Shown: positions 1 to 9,848, numbered from the stretch's first letter. The stretch: DNA of 44,287 bases from Eubacteriaceae bacterium (GCA_013335935.1 JAAXUP010000009.1:1-44287); one strand, 5' to 3'. Notes: generated by a model not told the origin, from the letters alone. Numbers and translations are program-made.

Positions 1-211
1 CTGCTGGCAGCTTGTACCCATTGGTTATAACAGCCTCTCCGACCATGCACCCACCAATACGGTCGCATTCCCTTTGCAGTTCTTCCGCACCAGCGGCTGA
101 GAAAATCGCGCCGCAGACACCCCCACCCATTTTCAGGGCAGTATTCGCTGCATTTACAATAGCATCAACCTGCATTTTTGTGATGTCATTTCTGACGATT
201 TCAAACGGCAT
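1..211 (-). CDS. Macro domain protein (O-acetyl-ADP-ribose deacetylase-like). Partial: the C-terminus lies beyond the window start.
   Basis: The reverse-complement translation begins [41 protein letters not shown], which is the macro-domain signature. An AAAGGGGG RBS precedes the ATG (complement of 209-211). Confidence 0.75.
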   Translation of the reverse strand, partial: MPFEIVRNDITKMQVDAIVNAANTALKMGGGVCGAIFSAAGAEELQRECDRIGGCMVGEAVITNGYKLPA

Positions 212-226
212 ACCGTAATCCCCCTT

Positions 227-610
227 TTATCCTATTACAAAGCTATTGATCAGGTCATAAACTCTCAGGAGCAGGTTATCCATCTTTTTACCCTTGAAAA
301 ACTTCAACTCGATACTGATTCCTCCTGAAAGGGTAAGCTTGATTTCTGAGTCAAGGTCAAAGGTTCCAGCCGTTTCAACCGCATAAGTTATGATATTCTT
401 ATAAGGAATGGCAAAATATTCGATCTTTTTACCAGTAATCCCTTGCTTGTCAGCCACCAGAATTCTTTTATCCGTAAATACAGCAACATCCCGCAACGTT
501 TTCACACAAAATTGCACGGTTTCCTTCTGTGAGATGAACGGCTCCAAGTCCTGGGACAGGGGTACCTCATTATAAAAATTAAAAATTTTGTTTAAGTTAA
601 TGTCTGCCAT
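227..610 (-). CDS. Bacterial PH (pleckstrin-homology-like) domain protein
   Basis: 127-aa ORF with a bPH/YokE-like pattern. It lies upstream of the macro-domain gene on the same strand. Confidence 0.5.
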   Translation of the reverse strand: MADINLNKIFNFYNEVPLSQDLEPFISQKETVQFCVKTLRDVAVFTDKRILVADKQGITGKKIEYFAIPYKNIITYAVETAGTFDLDSEIKLTLSGGISIELKFFKGKKMDNLLLRVYDLINSFVIG

Positions 611-719
611 ATAAAAGCCTCCTATGAATAATCATTAGTGCTTGTCCTGGTACGAAATATAATCATATTATATACTTAATTTCATTAATTTTCTATGCGG
701 TCATAGGATAATCATTCGG

Positions 720-737
720 TTACACCTATGGTATAAT
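720..737 (+). promoter_or_regulatory. Extended -10 promoter (TGgTATAAT) for the NUDIX gene
   Basis: The sequence ctatggTATAATc lies ~40 nt upstream of the start. Two ATAATCATT direct repeats lie upstream at ~629 and ~708. Confidence 0.4.
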
Positions 738-777
738 CAAAATAAATACTTTTAATAATCTTAGAACGGTGGATGAC

Positions 778-1356
778 ATGGACTGGAAAAATCAGATAAG
801 AAATTATAATCCCAGCTGCAGACAGGAAGAAAGGGATAAGGAGATTGCTTTACTCTGCCTTGATACCTATGACAACCTTCTCACCAGAGAAAATCCCGTG
901 ATCCATGTCACCAGTTCGGCGTTTATCATAAATCCAAAGGGTGACAGGACACTGATGGTACATCATAACATCTACAATTCCTGGTCCTGGACAGGGGGAC
1001 ATGCGGATGGTGAGGAGGATCTTCTGTCCGTCGCCCTAAAGGAAGCAAAAGAAGAAACCGGGATCGAGAATATCAGGGTTTTGAACCCGGATATATCCTC
1101 ACTGGATATTCTTCCCGTATTGGGGCATCAGCGAAGAGGAAAATACGTAGCTCCACATTTGCATCTGTCTTTATCTTATCTCGTAGAGGGAGAAGAAGAA
1201 GATCCCTTAATCATCAACAAATTTGAAAATAGCGCTGTAAAATGGGTCCCCCTCAAGAAGATCAATGAGTACTCCACGGAAGTCCATATGCATGGCCTTT
1301 ATGAAAAATTGGTTCGGAAAACCGAGAAGTATTTACATATCGTTCAGCAAAAGTAA
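778..1356 (+). CDS. NUDIX hydrolase
   Basis: Nudix box GGHADGEEDLLSVALKEAKEETGIE. The ATG at 778 is in frame with the upstream GTG at 769. Confidence 0.85.
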   Translation: MDWKNQIRNYNPSCRQEERDKEIALLCLDTYDNLLTRENPVIHVTSSAFIINPKGDRTLMVHHNIYNSWSWTGGHADGEEDLLSVALKEAKEETGIENIRVLNPDISSLDILPVLGHQRRGKYVAPHLHLSLSYLVEGEEEDPLIINKFENSAVKWVPLKKINEYSTEVHMHGLYEKLVRKTEKYLHIVQQK

Positions 1357-1414
1357 GAAGGAGATGTTTCAAGCCTGACCCTGTGTTCTTCCTCGCTTAA
1401 CAGCATTGCAGGAG

Positions 1415-1443
1415 TTGACAGATGCAAGATAACCCTCTATTAT
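1415..1443 (+). promoter_or_regulatory. SigmaA promoter: TTGACA, 17-nt spacer, TATTAT
   Basis: Seen directly in the sequence, ~80 nt upstream of the NifX-like gene. Confidence 0.55.
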
Positions 1444-1520
1444 GTTAAATAAAGGATACAAATCAATAACTTAGTAAGTATAAGTGTACCTTATCAAATT
1501 TAATTGGAGGAATCATTCAC

Positions 1521-1883
1521 ATGAAAATTGCATTACCATCACGGCTTAATCAAATTGACGACCATTTCGGTCATTGCGAGTATTTCACGGTTTTCACAAC
1601 GGACAATGCCAACCAAGAAATCATTGACACAGAAATCATCGCATCTCCAACAGGATGCGGCTGTAAATCAAATATCGCACAAATCCTTGCTGCACTGAAT
1701 GTAAAAATTATGCTCGCGGGCAATATGGGAGAAGGTGCAGTGCGCGTTCTGAATAACGCTGGAATAGAAGTTTTACGGGGATGTTCCGGCGACGTCAAAA
1801 CCGTTGCGCTTAACTGGCTTGCAGGTTCCCTGACGGACTCTGGGGATTCTTGCCACGAGCATGAGCATAGTTGCCAAAACTGA
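1521..1883 (+). CDS. NifX/NifB-type dinitrogenase FeMo-cofactor biosynthesis domain protein
   Basis: Small protein with the conserved NifX/NafY-like fold pattern (MKIA.PS....HFGH...F...). AGGAGG RBS. Confidence 0.6.
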   Translation: MKIALPSRLNQIDDHFGHCEYFTVFTTDNANQEIIDTEIIASPTGCGCKSNIAQILAALNVKIMLAGNMGEGAVRVLNNAGIEVLRGCSGDVKTVALNWLAGSLTDSGDSCHEHEHSCQN

Positions 1884-1895
1884 TAGCAAACAAAT

Positions 1896-1947
1896 AAAAA
1901 TCTTCAAACTGAGGGTATTCAATTACTCAGATTGAAGATTTTTTTAT
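1896..1947. terminator. Bidirectional rho-independent terminator
   Basis: 15-bp stem aatcttcaaactgag/ctcagattgaagatt, flanked by an A-run on one side and a T-run on the other. It sits between convergent genes. Confidence 0.8.
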
Positions 1948-1963
1948 GAACTCAATAGATGTT

Positions 1964-2392
1964 CTATTCTCCTGTCACTGTCTCATAAGGCCAGTCCATC
2001 ATCCCTCCAAGGTCGTAAATATTTTTATATCCCATCTCCGCTAGCTGAGCTGAAGCCGCTGCGCTTCGGTTGCCGCTGCGACAGTAAACAAAATAGACGG
2101 AATCTTTATCGGGGATGACCTCCTGAGCATTCTCGGCAATAGTATCAACAGGCAAAAGAAGCGCATTTTCGATGTGTCCCTGGGTGTATTCTTCCTGAGT
2201 CCTGACATCCACAAGGATGATCCCTTCTTCACTGTCAATTCTCGCTTTTGCATCTTCTGCGGTGATCATGGTGATTCCTCCTTCATCTCCCGGCTGATCA
2301 TTATTATTTGAATTTGCATCATTCTGGTTTGAACAGCCTGCGGTCAGGCTTATCAATACGATTAAAACTAACAGGATTCTTTTCATCTTCAT
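1964..2392 (-). CDS. Rhodanese-domain lipoprotein
   Basis: MKMKRILLVLIVLISLTAGC lipobox, then a low-complexity linker and a rhodanese domain with the CRSGNRS active-site loop. Start chosen at the internal Met. Confidence 0.7.
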   Translation of the reverse strand: MKMKRILLVLIVLISLTAGCSNQNDANSNNNDQPGDEGGITMITAEDAKARIDSEEGIILVDVRTQEEYTQGHIENALLLPVDTIAENAQEVIPDKDSVYFVYCRSGNRSAAASAQLAEMGYKNIYDLGGMMDWPYETVTGE

Positions 2393-2437
2393 TTTCCTTT
2401 CATAACGATTGGATTGTTCACAGAGGTACCCTCCCAA

Positions 2438-3583
2438 TCAGAATTCAATGCTTCGATATAACAGCTTTCCTGATTTGATTGTAGCTTGCGGGACCAATAA
2501 GTACTTTCCGTGGATCTCACCACCATAATTATCTTTCATCGTCATATGATTTTCTTTCAATTTGACGATACATATATCCGCCAGGGCACCAGGTTTTAAG
2601 GTTCCAACCTGAGCTTCCATTTTCATCACTTTCGCCGGTCGGAGGGTACAAAGTTTAACGACTTCCTCCAGTGAATAATTTAAGTTCAAATACATGGACA
2701 TGGTATACAACAGGGAAAACAGAGGTCTTTGGAACATGTTAAATGTTACTAAATCGGTTCCTAAAAAATCAGGTTTGAAATTTTGCTGGAACGATGACTT
2801 GATGATTTCAAAGGAAAAACCGCTCCTTCCGCTTGCTACATCGAATAATACACCTCTTTCTTTGGCATCATACAATTCTTTGTAAATTTTCCCTTGGTCA
2901 TTTAAAATCGTTCTTCCTTTTAATTGATACATATGAACCCATATATCATCCTTACGAAGGATCCTGGCAATTTCCGAAACAGGAACAGAAGGATCCTTGA
3001 CATGAACGGATAAGGGCAGGCCCACATCCTCTGCAATCTCAATTGCTTTTTCTAAAGGTCTTAGTCCCATATCACCGCAGGATTCCTGACTGATTCGTAT
3101 TTTCAAACCGATTATCGTATCTATGTAGTTCTTGCAATAATATGAAATCCTCTCTCTATCAAAATATTTAGGATCAATGTTCTCATAGTAGCTTTCCGTA
3201 ATCAAACCGGAATTGGACACGTTCAAATACGCCTTGATATTCATTAAGGAATTCTGGACCACATGTCTGTAAAAGGCCTCAAAAGTTGAAACACCTGAGG
3301 ATCCCTGATCAATGGCACTGGTCACCCCTCCCGGCAGCATGATCACATCAGCACAGAAGCTGGGATCACCAACGCCCTGAAATACATGGGTGTGGTTTTC
3401 AATCAAGCCTGGAAGGACGTATGCTCCCTCTGCATTGATTGACTGATGGTATTTCACCTCATGTTTTGGTCTTTCCGGAGCTGGCATTATTCTATCCTGA
3501 TAGATATAAATATCTTTTTTTTCGCTTATACCCATGTATGGGTCTATGACATTCCCATTGCTGATGACAAAATCGTAAATCAT
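2438..3583 (-). CDS. Amidohydrolase-family metallo-dependent hydrolase
   Basis: 381 aa with the N-terminal metal-ligand motif NHTHVFQG and TIM-barrel amidohydrolase-like spacing. GAAAGAAGG RBS. Confidence 0.55.
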   Translation of the reverse strand: MIYDFVISNGNVIDPYMGISEKKDIYIYQDRIMPAPERPKHEVKYHQSINAEGAYVLPGLIENHTHVFQGVGDPSFCADVIMLPGGVTSAIDQGSSGVSTFEAFYRHVVQNSLMNIKAYLNVSNSGLITESYYENIDPKYFDRERISYYCKNYIDTIIGLKIRISQESCGDMGLRPLEKAIEIAEDVGLPLSVHVKDPSVPVSEIARILRKDDIWVHMYQLKGRTILNDQGKIYKELYDAKERGVLFDVASGRSGFSFEIIKSSFQQNFKPDFLGTDLVTFNMFQRPLFSLLYTMSMYLNLNYSLEEVVKLCTLRPAKVMKMEAQVGTLKPGALADICIVKLKENHMTMKDNYGGEIHGKYLLVPQATIKSGKLLYRSIEF

Positions 3584-3636
3584 AATATACCTTCTTTCAA
3601 GGGATCCCGACGGTCGATTTCAGTTTACTTTTTCAT

Positions 3637-4707
3637 TTATTTTCGTTTATTCTTTGATTTGATATAATCTCTGGCGTTTTTCATCCCGCCGAATCCTTCG
3701 AACATCTCCGTGACCTTTTCCTTTTCGATCTGTTTGAAGTTCAGGCTTTCATACTTTGCTTCTTTCTTCAATTTCTGATAGCTTATAAGCCTATCCTGGG
3801 AAAGGATGCCCTCTTCAATGGCTTGCCGGATGGCACAACCTGGTTCGTCCTTATGTTGGCAGTCCCGAAACCGGCATTGTTTCGAAAGTTCATCAATATC
3901 CAGGAACGCCTTCTCCAGGTCAATATTTTCCACACCGAGCTCCCGCATCCCCGGAGTGTCAATGACTGCGCCTCCAGCGGGAACCAGGATCAGCTCCCGT
4001 CTTGTGGTGGCGTGCCTTCCCTTGTCGTCCTTTCGGATTTCTCTTGTCTCAATGATTTCTTCCCCCAGCAGACGATTGATCAGCGTGGATTTTCCAACAC
4101 CTGAAGACCCAATAAAAGCAACGGTTTTTCCAGGAGCAATATAACTTTTTACGGCAAAATATCCATCATCAGTCATACTGGTGGTCACTAGGACATTTGC
4201 TCCCAGGGCAACCCTTTCAATTTCTGCGAGCCTGGCAGGAATATCACTGCACAGATCAGCCTTGGTTAGCACAATGACAGGTACTGCGCCGCTGTCCCAT
4301 GCGATGGACAGATACCGTTCGATCCTTCGCAGATTGAAATCGTTATTTAAAGACATGCAAATAAAAACCGTATCGATATTCGCTGCAACTACCTGTACTT
4401 CGTGGGCTGTCCCTGCCGCTTTTCGAACAAAGACGCTTTTTCTTGGCAAAACGCGGTGTATGATTCCGTTACCGGAATGATCATTGTTTCTGTCCACCAT
4501 CACAAAGTCCCCAACCCCGGGATAATCCCCGTGAGTTCTTACCTCAAAACGGAATTTCCCGGAGATTTCCGCCATGATTTCCCCGCTTTCAAACGCAACC
4601 TTGTACAGATCTTTATATTGGGCAGTTACCCTTCCTGGAAAAAGATTGCTGTATTGAGATGCCTCTCGTAATACGTCTTCTGTGAATCCTAAATTTATCA
4701 TCGTCAT
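3637..4707 (-). CDS. rsgA: Ribosome small-subunit-dependent GTPase A
   Basis: N/TKxD (VLTKADL), P-loop GSSGVGKSTLIN and a C-terminal zinc-finger region (CRFRDCQHKDEPGC). The start was moved to an internal ATG so it does not overlap the flavodoxin gene. Confidence 0.85.
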   Translation of the reverse strand: MTMINLGFTEDVLREASQYSNLFPGRVTAQYKDLYKVAFESGEIMAEISGKFRFEVRTHGDYPGVGDFVMVDRNNDHSGNGIIHRVLPRKSVFVRKAAGTAHEVQVVAANIDTVFICMSLNNDFNLRRIERYLSIAWDSGAVPVIVLTKADLCSDIPARLAEIERVALGANVLVTTSMTDDGYFAVKSYIAPGKTVAFIGSSGVGKSTLINRLLGEEIIETREIRKDDKGRHATTRRELILVPAGGAVIDTPGMRELGVENIDLEKAFLDIDELSKQCRFRDCQHKDEPGCAIRQAIEEGILSQDRLISYQKLKKEAKYESLNFKQIEKEKVTEMFEGFGGMKNARDYIKSKNKRK

Positions 4708-4735
4708 ATTTTGATTATCCACCACAAGACCATCC

Positions 4736-5197
4736 TTATTTTTTCGCCCATTTTGAGGCTCTTTCAAGTTCGCCTGTCTTTAAGGGCCCTTCTGATTCCA
4801 TAACAAAAAATCCCTCTGGCTTCTTTGCCAGTACTCCTCCCTTTTGTTCAAGTTTACGTCCAATAGGTTCAGCCCCGTAACCAAAAAGCTTCACCATGAC
4901 ATTCAGCACTTTATTATTGACTTGTTTCGAATCGATTCGAGTGTCAAAAGCCATGACACTTACTCCTTTCAGCGAATTTGCCGGGAGCCCTATGATAAAA
5001 TCAAGTATCCCCTTCGTCGGCCGAAAAGCCCTGGTTGGAGACCCGGCAATCAGGAGTTCAACACCCTCCAATGCCCCTGTTTTAAGATCATTTACATGGC
5101 TGATCACAACCTCTTCAGGATCGAAGGCGCTTCCCATCGCTTCTGCAATCTGCTTGGTGTTTCCAAAAAAAGTATCATATACGATCAAGGTTTTCAT
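4736..5197 (-). CDS. Flavodoxin
   Basis: MKTLIVYDTFFGNTKQIAEAMG, which is the flavodoxin FMN-binding N-terminus. Confidence 0.75.
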   Translation of the reverse strand: MKTLIVYDTFFGNTKQIAEAMGSAFDPEEVVISHVNDLKTGALEGVELLIAGSPTRAFRPTKGILDFIIGLPANSLKGVSVMAFDTRIDSKQVNNKVLNVMVKLFGYGAEPIGRKLEQKGGVLAKKPEGFFVMESEGPLKTGELERASKWAKK

Positions 5198-5256
5198 AAA
5201 ATGCTTCCTTTCTTGTTCCTTTATAAAAATATAATCTTACCTTGACAATATCACAA

Positions 5257-5832
5257 TCAAATGGCAGTTTCCACACAATTATTAAAGAATATTATGCTGA
5301 AATACGTGACGGTATTTGGACCATTATTGTAATGGATCCCGCAAAATTCAGCCTGTTTGGTGACAAGAATGCCATATCCTTCTATTGCGGGATACATCCG
5401 TTCAGGAAACCTGCAGGGGGAATCAGGATACGTGCAAACTGCGCAGAGGGTACAGCCTTCCGTTGATAAAACAAGGGGATTCTCGTATTCCTTTCTGAAG
5501 AGATCTGCAACTTTATCCGTCAATTTTTCATGTTTTATCCGTGCTTCATGCCAGCCCTTGATATCAAAACTATTTTTCATCTCAGTAGCTGTGGTAAACA
5601 TAAACGCATTTTCGTAGCGGAAGCATTTTTCTTTGCACTCTTCCATAGTGCCTACTGCAGGAGGACATGCCCAGGATGTCCCATACATGCCGCAGCTATT
5701 CTTTTCACATAACCCTCGGACTTCGTCAGAGAATAGTATGCTTTCCGGTTTAAAATAGCAATGCTCATGAATCGGAAGCTTTTCTAATTCATTATTTATC
5801 AGATCAACTTTTTGTTTATTTTTCACATTCAT
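5257..5832 (-). CDS. DUF2284-type predicted metal-binding protein (Cys-rich)
   Basis: Cys pattern CEKNSCGMYGTSWACPP...CTLCAVC. Confidence 0.5.
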   Translation of the reverse strand: MNVKNKQKVDLINNELEKLPIHEHCYFKPESILFSDEVRGLCEKNSCGMYGTSWACPPAVGTMEECKEKCFRYENAFMFTTATEMKNSFDIKGWHEARIKHEKLTDKVADLFRKEYENPLVLSTEGCTLCAVCTYPDSPCRFPERMYPAIEGYGILVTKQAEFCGIHYNNGPNTVTYFSIIFFNNCVETAI

Positions 5833-6004
5833 CTTCTTCTATTCCCTTTCTGCAGCTCATTTAATCAATCAAAAATTTACATTATTCAAATTTAGTGATA
5901 TATTAACAGAATAGCACATAATTATCACTGATGCTATTTTAACCCGAAGCCAGAATATTTCTATGTAAACGTTTTGATTAAAATAAAATAATGAGGTGAA
6001 CGAG

Positions 6005-8032
6005 ATGACACAATTCTTGCCAACATTAGTGACCGTATTTACAGTACTGATCGGAATCGTCCTGTTTTTGTGGATCATTGGTTTTAGGATCATCCCCAAT
6101 AACAAAATCGCTATCATTGAAAAATGGTGGTCTCAAAAAGGCTCCCTGGATATGCAGATCATTGCCCTAAAGGGAGAGGCTGGCTTTCAGCCTCAGGTAA
6201 TCAGGGGCGGTATTCATTTCCTCACACCGCTGATGTATCGTGTACATATCTGCCCTCTTGTGACGGTTCCCCAAGGACAGATCGCCTACGTATTTGCCCG
6301 TGATGGCCAGCCTCTTGAACCCATCCAGACATTGGGTAAAATAATTCCGGAATGCAATAATTTTCAGGATGCCCAAGGTTTTTTACTGAATGGAGGCCAA
6401 AGAGGTCCCCAGAGAGGGATCATCCGTGAAGGAACTTACGCCTTTAACCTGGCACAATTTATTATTATCACGGAAGATAAAATTTACTACCTTCCCATGG
6501 GTACCAAAGCTGAAGAATCTACCATCATGAACATGACCGACTTGTTGAAAGACAGAAGCGGTTTTACCCCGATTGTCATAAAGGGTACCGATGACAAGGT
6601 GGGGATCGTTACCGTCCATGACGGGCTTTCCCTGACTCAGGACGATATTATCGCCCCTGCTGTAGGTGATGACCCGACAGAATCGGGAATTTATCACAAT
6701 AATTTTCAGGACCCTGAAAAGTTCCTCAAAGCCGGCGGCTTCCGTGGAAGACAGTATCAGGTATTAGTTGAAGGTACCTACTTTATCAATCGTTTTTTTG
6801 CTACTGTTGAGCTTATTGAGAAGACCCTTATCGACGTGGGTTATGTCGGGGTAGTTGTTTCCTACATAGGACCCCGGGGAGTAGACTCCACTGGCGAAGA
6901 TTATAAGCACGGCGAACTTGTTGAGAAAGGTTTTAGAGGTGTATGGAGAGAGCCTTTGATGCCTGGAAAATACGCATTTAATACTTATGCTGGAAAAATC
7001 GTCAGGATCCCAACTACGAATATCATCTTAAAATGGATCAGCAACCAGACCGGTTTCCATCGGTTTGATGAAAATCTTACCGAAGTAAGTCTTATTACCA
7101 AGGACGCTTTCGAACCTTCACTGCCACTTTCCGTAGTCATGCACATCGACTATCGAAAAGCACCCTTGGTTATCCAGCGATTTGGCGATGTGAAAATGCT
7201 GGTTGAACAGACTCTCGATCCCATGGTTTCTGCTTATTTTAAAAACATCGGCCAGACGAAGACTTTGATCCAGCTCATTCAGGACAGGAATGAAATCCAG
7301 AATTTAGCCTCCAGTCAGATGAAGGCGAAATTTGATCATTATAATCTTGAACTTGAAGAAGTCCTCATCGGCACTCCGGCCGCTTCCGTAAACGATAATA
7401 AAATCGAAGTGATCCTTACTCAGCTGCGGGAACGACAGATCGCCATTGAACGAATTGAAACATACTCCCAGCAGGAAAAGGCAGCAGACAAAGAGAAGGA
7501 ATTAAGGGAGGCTGAATCTAAAGCGCTGCAGCAAAAATTCCTTACAGAATCAGATATCAATATCCAGATCCAAAGCAATGCCGGAAAAGCAGAATATCAA
7601 AGAGCCCTCCAGGAAGCCTCTAAAATTAAAGCGATTGCAGAAGCTGAAGCCGAAAGAGAAGCCCGTGTAGGTATTGGTAAAGCCATTGCCATCGAGGAAC
7701 AGGTAAAAGCTTATGGCGGACCGCAATATCAGGTCGTACAGGATGTCATGACGAAATTTACGGCAGCCATTGAAAAGTCAAAAGTCGACATTGTACCCAA
7801 AACCGTTTTAACCATGGGTGGTGGACAAGGACAAGGCAGTTCAGTAAATGCTTTCGAAATGCTTCTCAATCTATTGATCAGTGAAAAATTGGGAGTCGAA
7901 CTGAATAAGGGAAACAAGGAAGAAGATTCCCGGGTCAAGACCATAAAAGAGTCCATTATGAAGGCCATGGAAATGGAAACAAGTGCTGCTGTGGAGGCTG
8001 GTGCACAGACTGTACCGTCTAAGGAAAACTAA
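6005..8032 (+). CDS. Flotillin-like SPFH/band-7 membrane protein
   Basis: N-terminal transmembrane helix, SPFH-like core, long coiled coil and a flotillin-type AIAEAEAEREAR motif. GAGGTGA RBS before the ATG at 6005. Confidence 0.7.
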   Translation: MTQFLPTLVTVFTVLIGIVLFLWIIGFRIIPNNKIAIIEKWWSQKGSLDMQIIALKGEAGFQPQVIRGGIHFLTPLMYRVHICPLVTVPQGQIAYVFARDGQPLEPIQTLGKIIPECNNFQDAQGFLLNGGQRGPQRGIIREGTYAFNLAQFIIITEDKIYYLPMGTKAEESTIMNMTDLLKDRSGFTPIVIKGTDDKVGIVTVHDGLSLTQDDIIAPAVGDDPTESGIYHNNFQDPEKFLKAGGFRGRQYQVLVEGTYFINRFFATVELIEKTLIDVGYVGVVVSYIGPRGVDSTGEDYKHGELVEKGFRGVWREPLMPGKYAFNTYAGKIVRIPTTNIILKWISNQTGFHRFDENLTEVSLITKDAFEPSLPLSVVMHIDYRKAPLVIQRFGDVKMLVEQTLDPMVSAYFKNIGQTKTLIQLIQDRNEIQNLASSQMKAKFDHYNLELEEVLIGTPAASVNDNKIEVILTQLRERQIAIERIETYSQQEKAADKEKELREAESKALQQKFLTESDINIQIQSNAGKAEYQRALQEASKIKAIAEAEAEREARVGIGKAIAIEEQVKAYGGPQYQVVQDVMTKFTAAIEKSKVDIVPKTVLTMGGGQGQGSSVNAFEMLLNLLISEKLGVELNKGNKEEDSRVKTIKESIMKAMEMETSAAVEAGAQTVPSKEN

Positions 8033-8057
8033 ACCCTAAATCTTTCGTGGATGCACA

Positions 8058-8108
8058 CAAAAAGTGGAGACTGAATTCAGCAAATGCCGGATCCAGTCTC
8101 CACTCTTC
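8058..8108. terminator. Bidirectional terminator between flotillin and the convergent membrane-protein gene
   Basis: Stem agtggagactg/cagtctccact with a T-run after it. Confidence 0.7.
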
Positions 8109-8110
8109 AT

Positions 8111-8479
8111 TTATTTGGCCATTCCAAAAATTGCACCGGAAACAAAAGGTATCAACCAGATCAGCCATACGGCCAAACTGAATTTATGGAAGCTTGCTTT
8201 TACCTTATCGCTGTTTTTAATTAAAACCGCCGCTGCCCAAAGAGCATGGAAAAGCATCAGCACGATTGCCAGAAGTCCGGTTATCCCGTGAAAATTGAGT
8301 TTAAAACCGTCTCCTACGAGACTGCTCATCAGGGTAGTTCCAAGGGTATCGAACACTAACCCGATGATAAATACTGCCAGATGCCATTTTTTCAATTCAC
8401 CTTGTTTTTTTTCACTCCAAACACCTATGGTATAGAAGATGAGTGCCATGGTTATGGATAGTACTGCATAGATTAACAT
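8111..8479 (-). CDS. Small integral membrane protein (HsmA-like), co-transcribed with MarR
   Basis: 122 aa with 4 predicted transmembrane helices. Its 3' end overlaps the marR end. Confidence 0.45.
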   Translation of the reverse strand: MLIYAVLSITMALIFYTIGVWSEKKQGELKKWHLAVFIIGLVFDTLGTTLMSSLVGDGFKLNFHGITGLLAIVLMLFHALWAAAVLIKNSDKVKASFHKFSLAVWLIWLIPFVSGAIFGMAK

Positions 8480-8492
8480 GATTGATTCTCCT

Positions 8493-8957
8493 TTAAATTT
8501 TCTTCATAAATTGATGAAGAAGTGCCCTAAGCTGCCGGGCATTCTCCAAGTCGATATTTGCTGAACAGATCAGATCCCTGGGAATGTGTAAAGTTTCCTT
8601 CTTAAGGGTTTTTCCCTTCTCTGTCAAACTGATGAATACATTCCGCTCATCGGATCCACGCTTGCGGTCAAGTAATCCTAAAGCTTCCAGTTTCTTCAGT
8701 AGGGGCGTCAGCGTCCCGGAATCAAGATAAAGCCTTTCGCCCAAATCTTTTACGGTAACGTCGTCTTCCTCCCAAAGAGCCAATAATGCGATGTATCCTG
8801 TATAAGTTAACCCATAGGGCTCCAGCAGCGGTTTATATTTTTTTATGATTTCTTTTGAACTGACATATAATGCAAAGCAAAGCTGATGATCAAGCTTTAA
8901 CGCTTCTTCTGTAATCTCAAATTCTTCAGGTTTATTCATTCCTTCACGCCACCTCAA
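8493..8957 (-). CDS. MarR-family transcriptional regulator
   Basis: Winged-HTH MarR pattern (VTVKDLGERLYLDSGTLTPLLKKLEALGLLDRKR). Confidence 0.8.
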   Translation of the reverse strand: MRWREGMNKPEEFEITEEALKLDHQLCFALYVSSKEIIKKYKPLLEPYGLTYTGYIALLALWEEDDVTVKDLGERLYLDSGTLTPLLKKLEALGLLDRKRGSDERNVFISLTEKGKTLKKETLHIPRDLICSANIDLENARQLRALLHQFMKKI

Positions 8958-8984
8958 ATCCTATTATTTATCATTGCACACTAT

Positions 8985-9002
8985 TTAATTGCATGCAATT
9001 AA
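8985..9002. promoter_or_regulatory. Perfect 18-bp palindrome TTAATTGCATGCAATTAA. Candidate MarR operator.
   Basis: Seen directly, 28 bp upstream of the marR start. The half-site ATTGCA is also repeated just upstream. Confidence 0.45.
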
Positions 9003-9036
9003 TATACCAAATGAACTCCTTCATGTCAAACAATAT

Positions 9037-9078
9037 TTGGACAAGGGGACGTTTCGTTTGTCCCATAGTCCCCTTGCC
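9037..9078. repeat. REP-like palindromic element, inverted copy (REP-a)
   Basis: GGACAAgGGGACGTTTCGTTTGTCC is the reverse complement of the REP core at 9916 and 10712. It adds an outer 9-bp stem, CAAGGGGAC/GTCCCCTTG. Confidence 0.8.
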
Positions 9079-9086
9079 ATCTCATC

Positions 9087-9845
9087 CTAATTTTTCAGAG
9101 ATTTTACGACAGCACCTTTACTGAGCCCCATTACTCTGCCGATTTGCCTTATACTTGCTCCGGTATCCAAATATATTTGCTTCAATAATCTTTGCTTTTC
9201 ATTAGGATCCGTCAAAACCTTATCTTTAAAATATTCTCTACGGATAAGTATTGCTAAATCACTATCTGTATATATTTTTTTTTCTGAATACTCGAGACAG
9301 GTTCCCTTCACCAACTCCTTTGTAGTTTTTTCAAAGTTGTTTTTACTATCTATAAGTTCAAATATTATTTCCGGATCGATTATCTTAACATCACTTCTAT
9401 TTTCATACAAATTTATGTACGCCATGTAGCTGCTCCATTCATATTCCTCGCATGACGCAACCATATAAGCATTCACCGGATTTTGATGGATATACCGCAG
9501 AACAGAAATCAGGTACTCCTCGTTCTCAACAGGTTCACTTAAAAATCTGTTCTGAAAAAGATGACCTACTCTTGCGTACTTGCCATTATGCCATTGTGCA
9601 TAACTAATTGCGATCCTTTTAATACTTATTCCAAGTTCTTCTCCTTCTTTCATCAGGATATGAACGTGGTTATTCATCAGACAATATCCAAGCAAAGAAA
9701 ATTTTCCGGTTTCCTTTGATTTTGCAATGGAATCAATAAATTTTCTTCTGTCCTCGTTATCAATAAATATATCTCTTTTATCTAAACCTCTAAGCATTAC
9801 ATGATGAATTCCCGTGAGACTTTTTTTTCGATTTTGTCTCGGCAT
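9087..9845 (-). CDS. REP-associated tyrosine transposase (RAYT, IS200/IS605-like Y1 HUH transposase), with a C-terminal HTH extension
   Basis: HuH motif NNHVHILMK and catalytic-Tyr region LRYIHQNPV. ~120 aa of extra C-terminus ends in an HTH (ASIRQIGRVMGLSKGAV). Start taken at MPRQ, preceded by a GGGGTGAT RBS. Confidence 0.8.
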   Translation of the reverse strand: MPRQNRKKSLTGIHHVMLRGLDKRDIFIDNEDRRKFIDSIAKSKETGKFSLLGYCLMNNHVHILMKEGEELGISIKRIAISYAQWHNGKYARVGHLFQNRFLSEPVENEEYLISVLRYIHQNPVNAYMVASCEEYEWSSYMAYINLYENRSDVKIIDPEIIFELIDSKNNFEKTTKELVKGTCLEYSEKKIYTDSDLAILIRREYFKDKVLTDPNEKQRLLKQIYLDTGASIRQIGRVMGLSKGAVVKSLKN

Positions 9846-9848
9846 AAA

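Noticed and set aside
12-218. Plus-strand 68-aa ORF at the window start
   Set aside because: It is low-complexity. The opposite strand encodes a convincing macro-domain N-terminus ([19 protein letters not shown]) with an RBS and ATG.
1571-1798. Antisense ORFs nested inside well-supported genes (for example 1571-1798, 3806-4144, 5357-5617, 19754-20347, 26115-26648, 36944-37363, 23240-23741)
   Set aside because: They have no RBS or homology signal and lie entirely within confidently assigned genes on the other strand. These are typical spurious reading frames.
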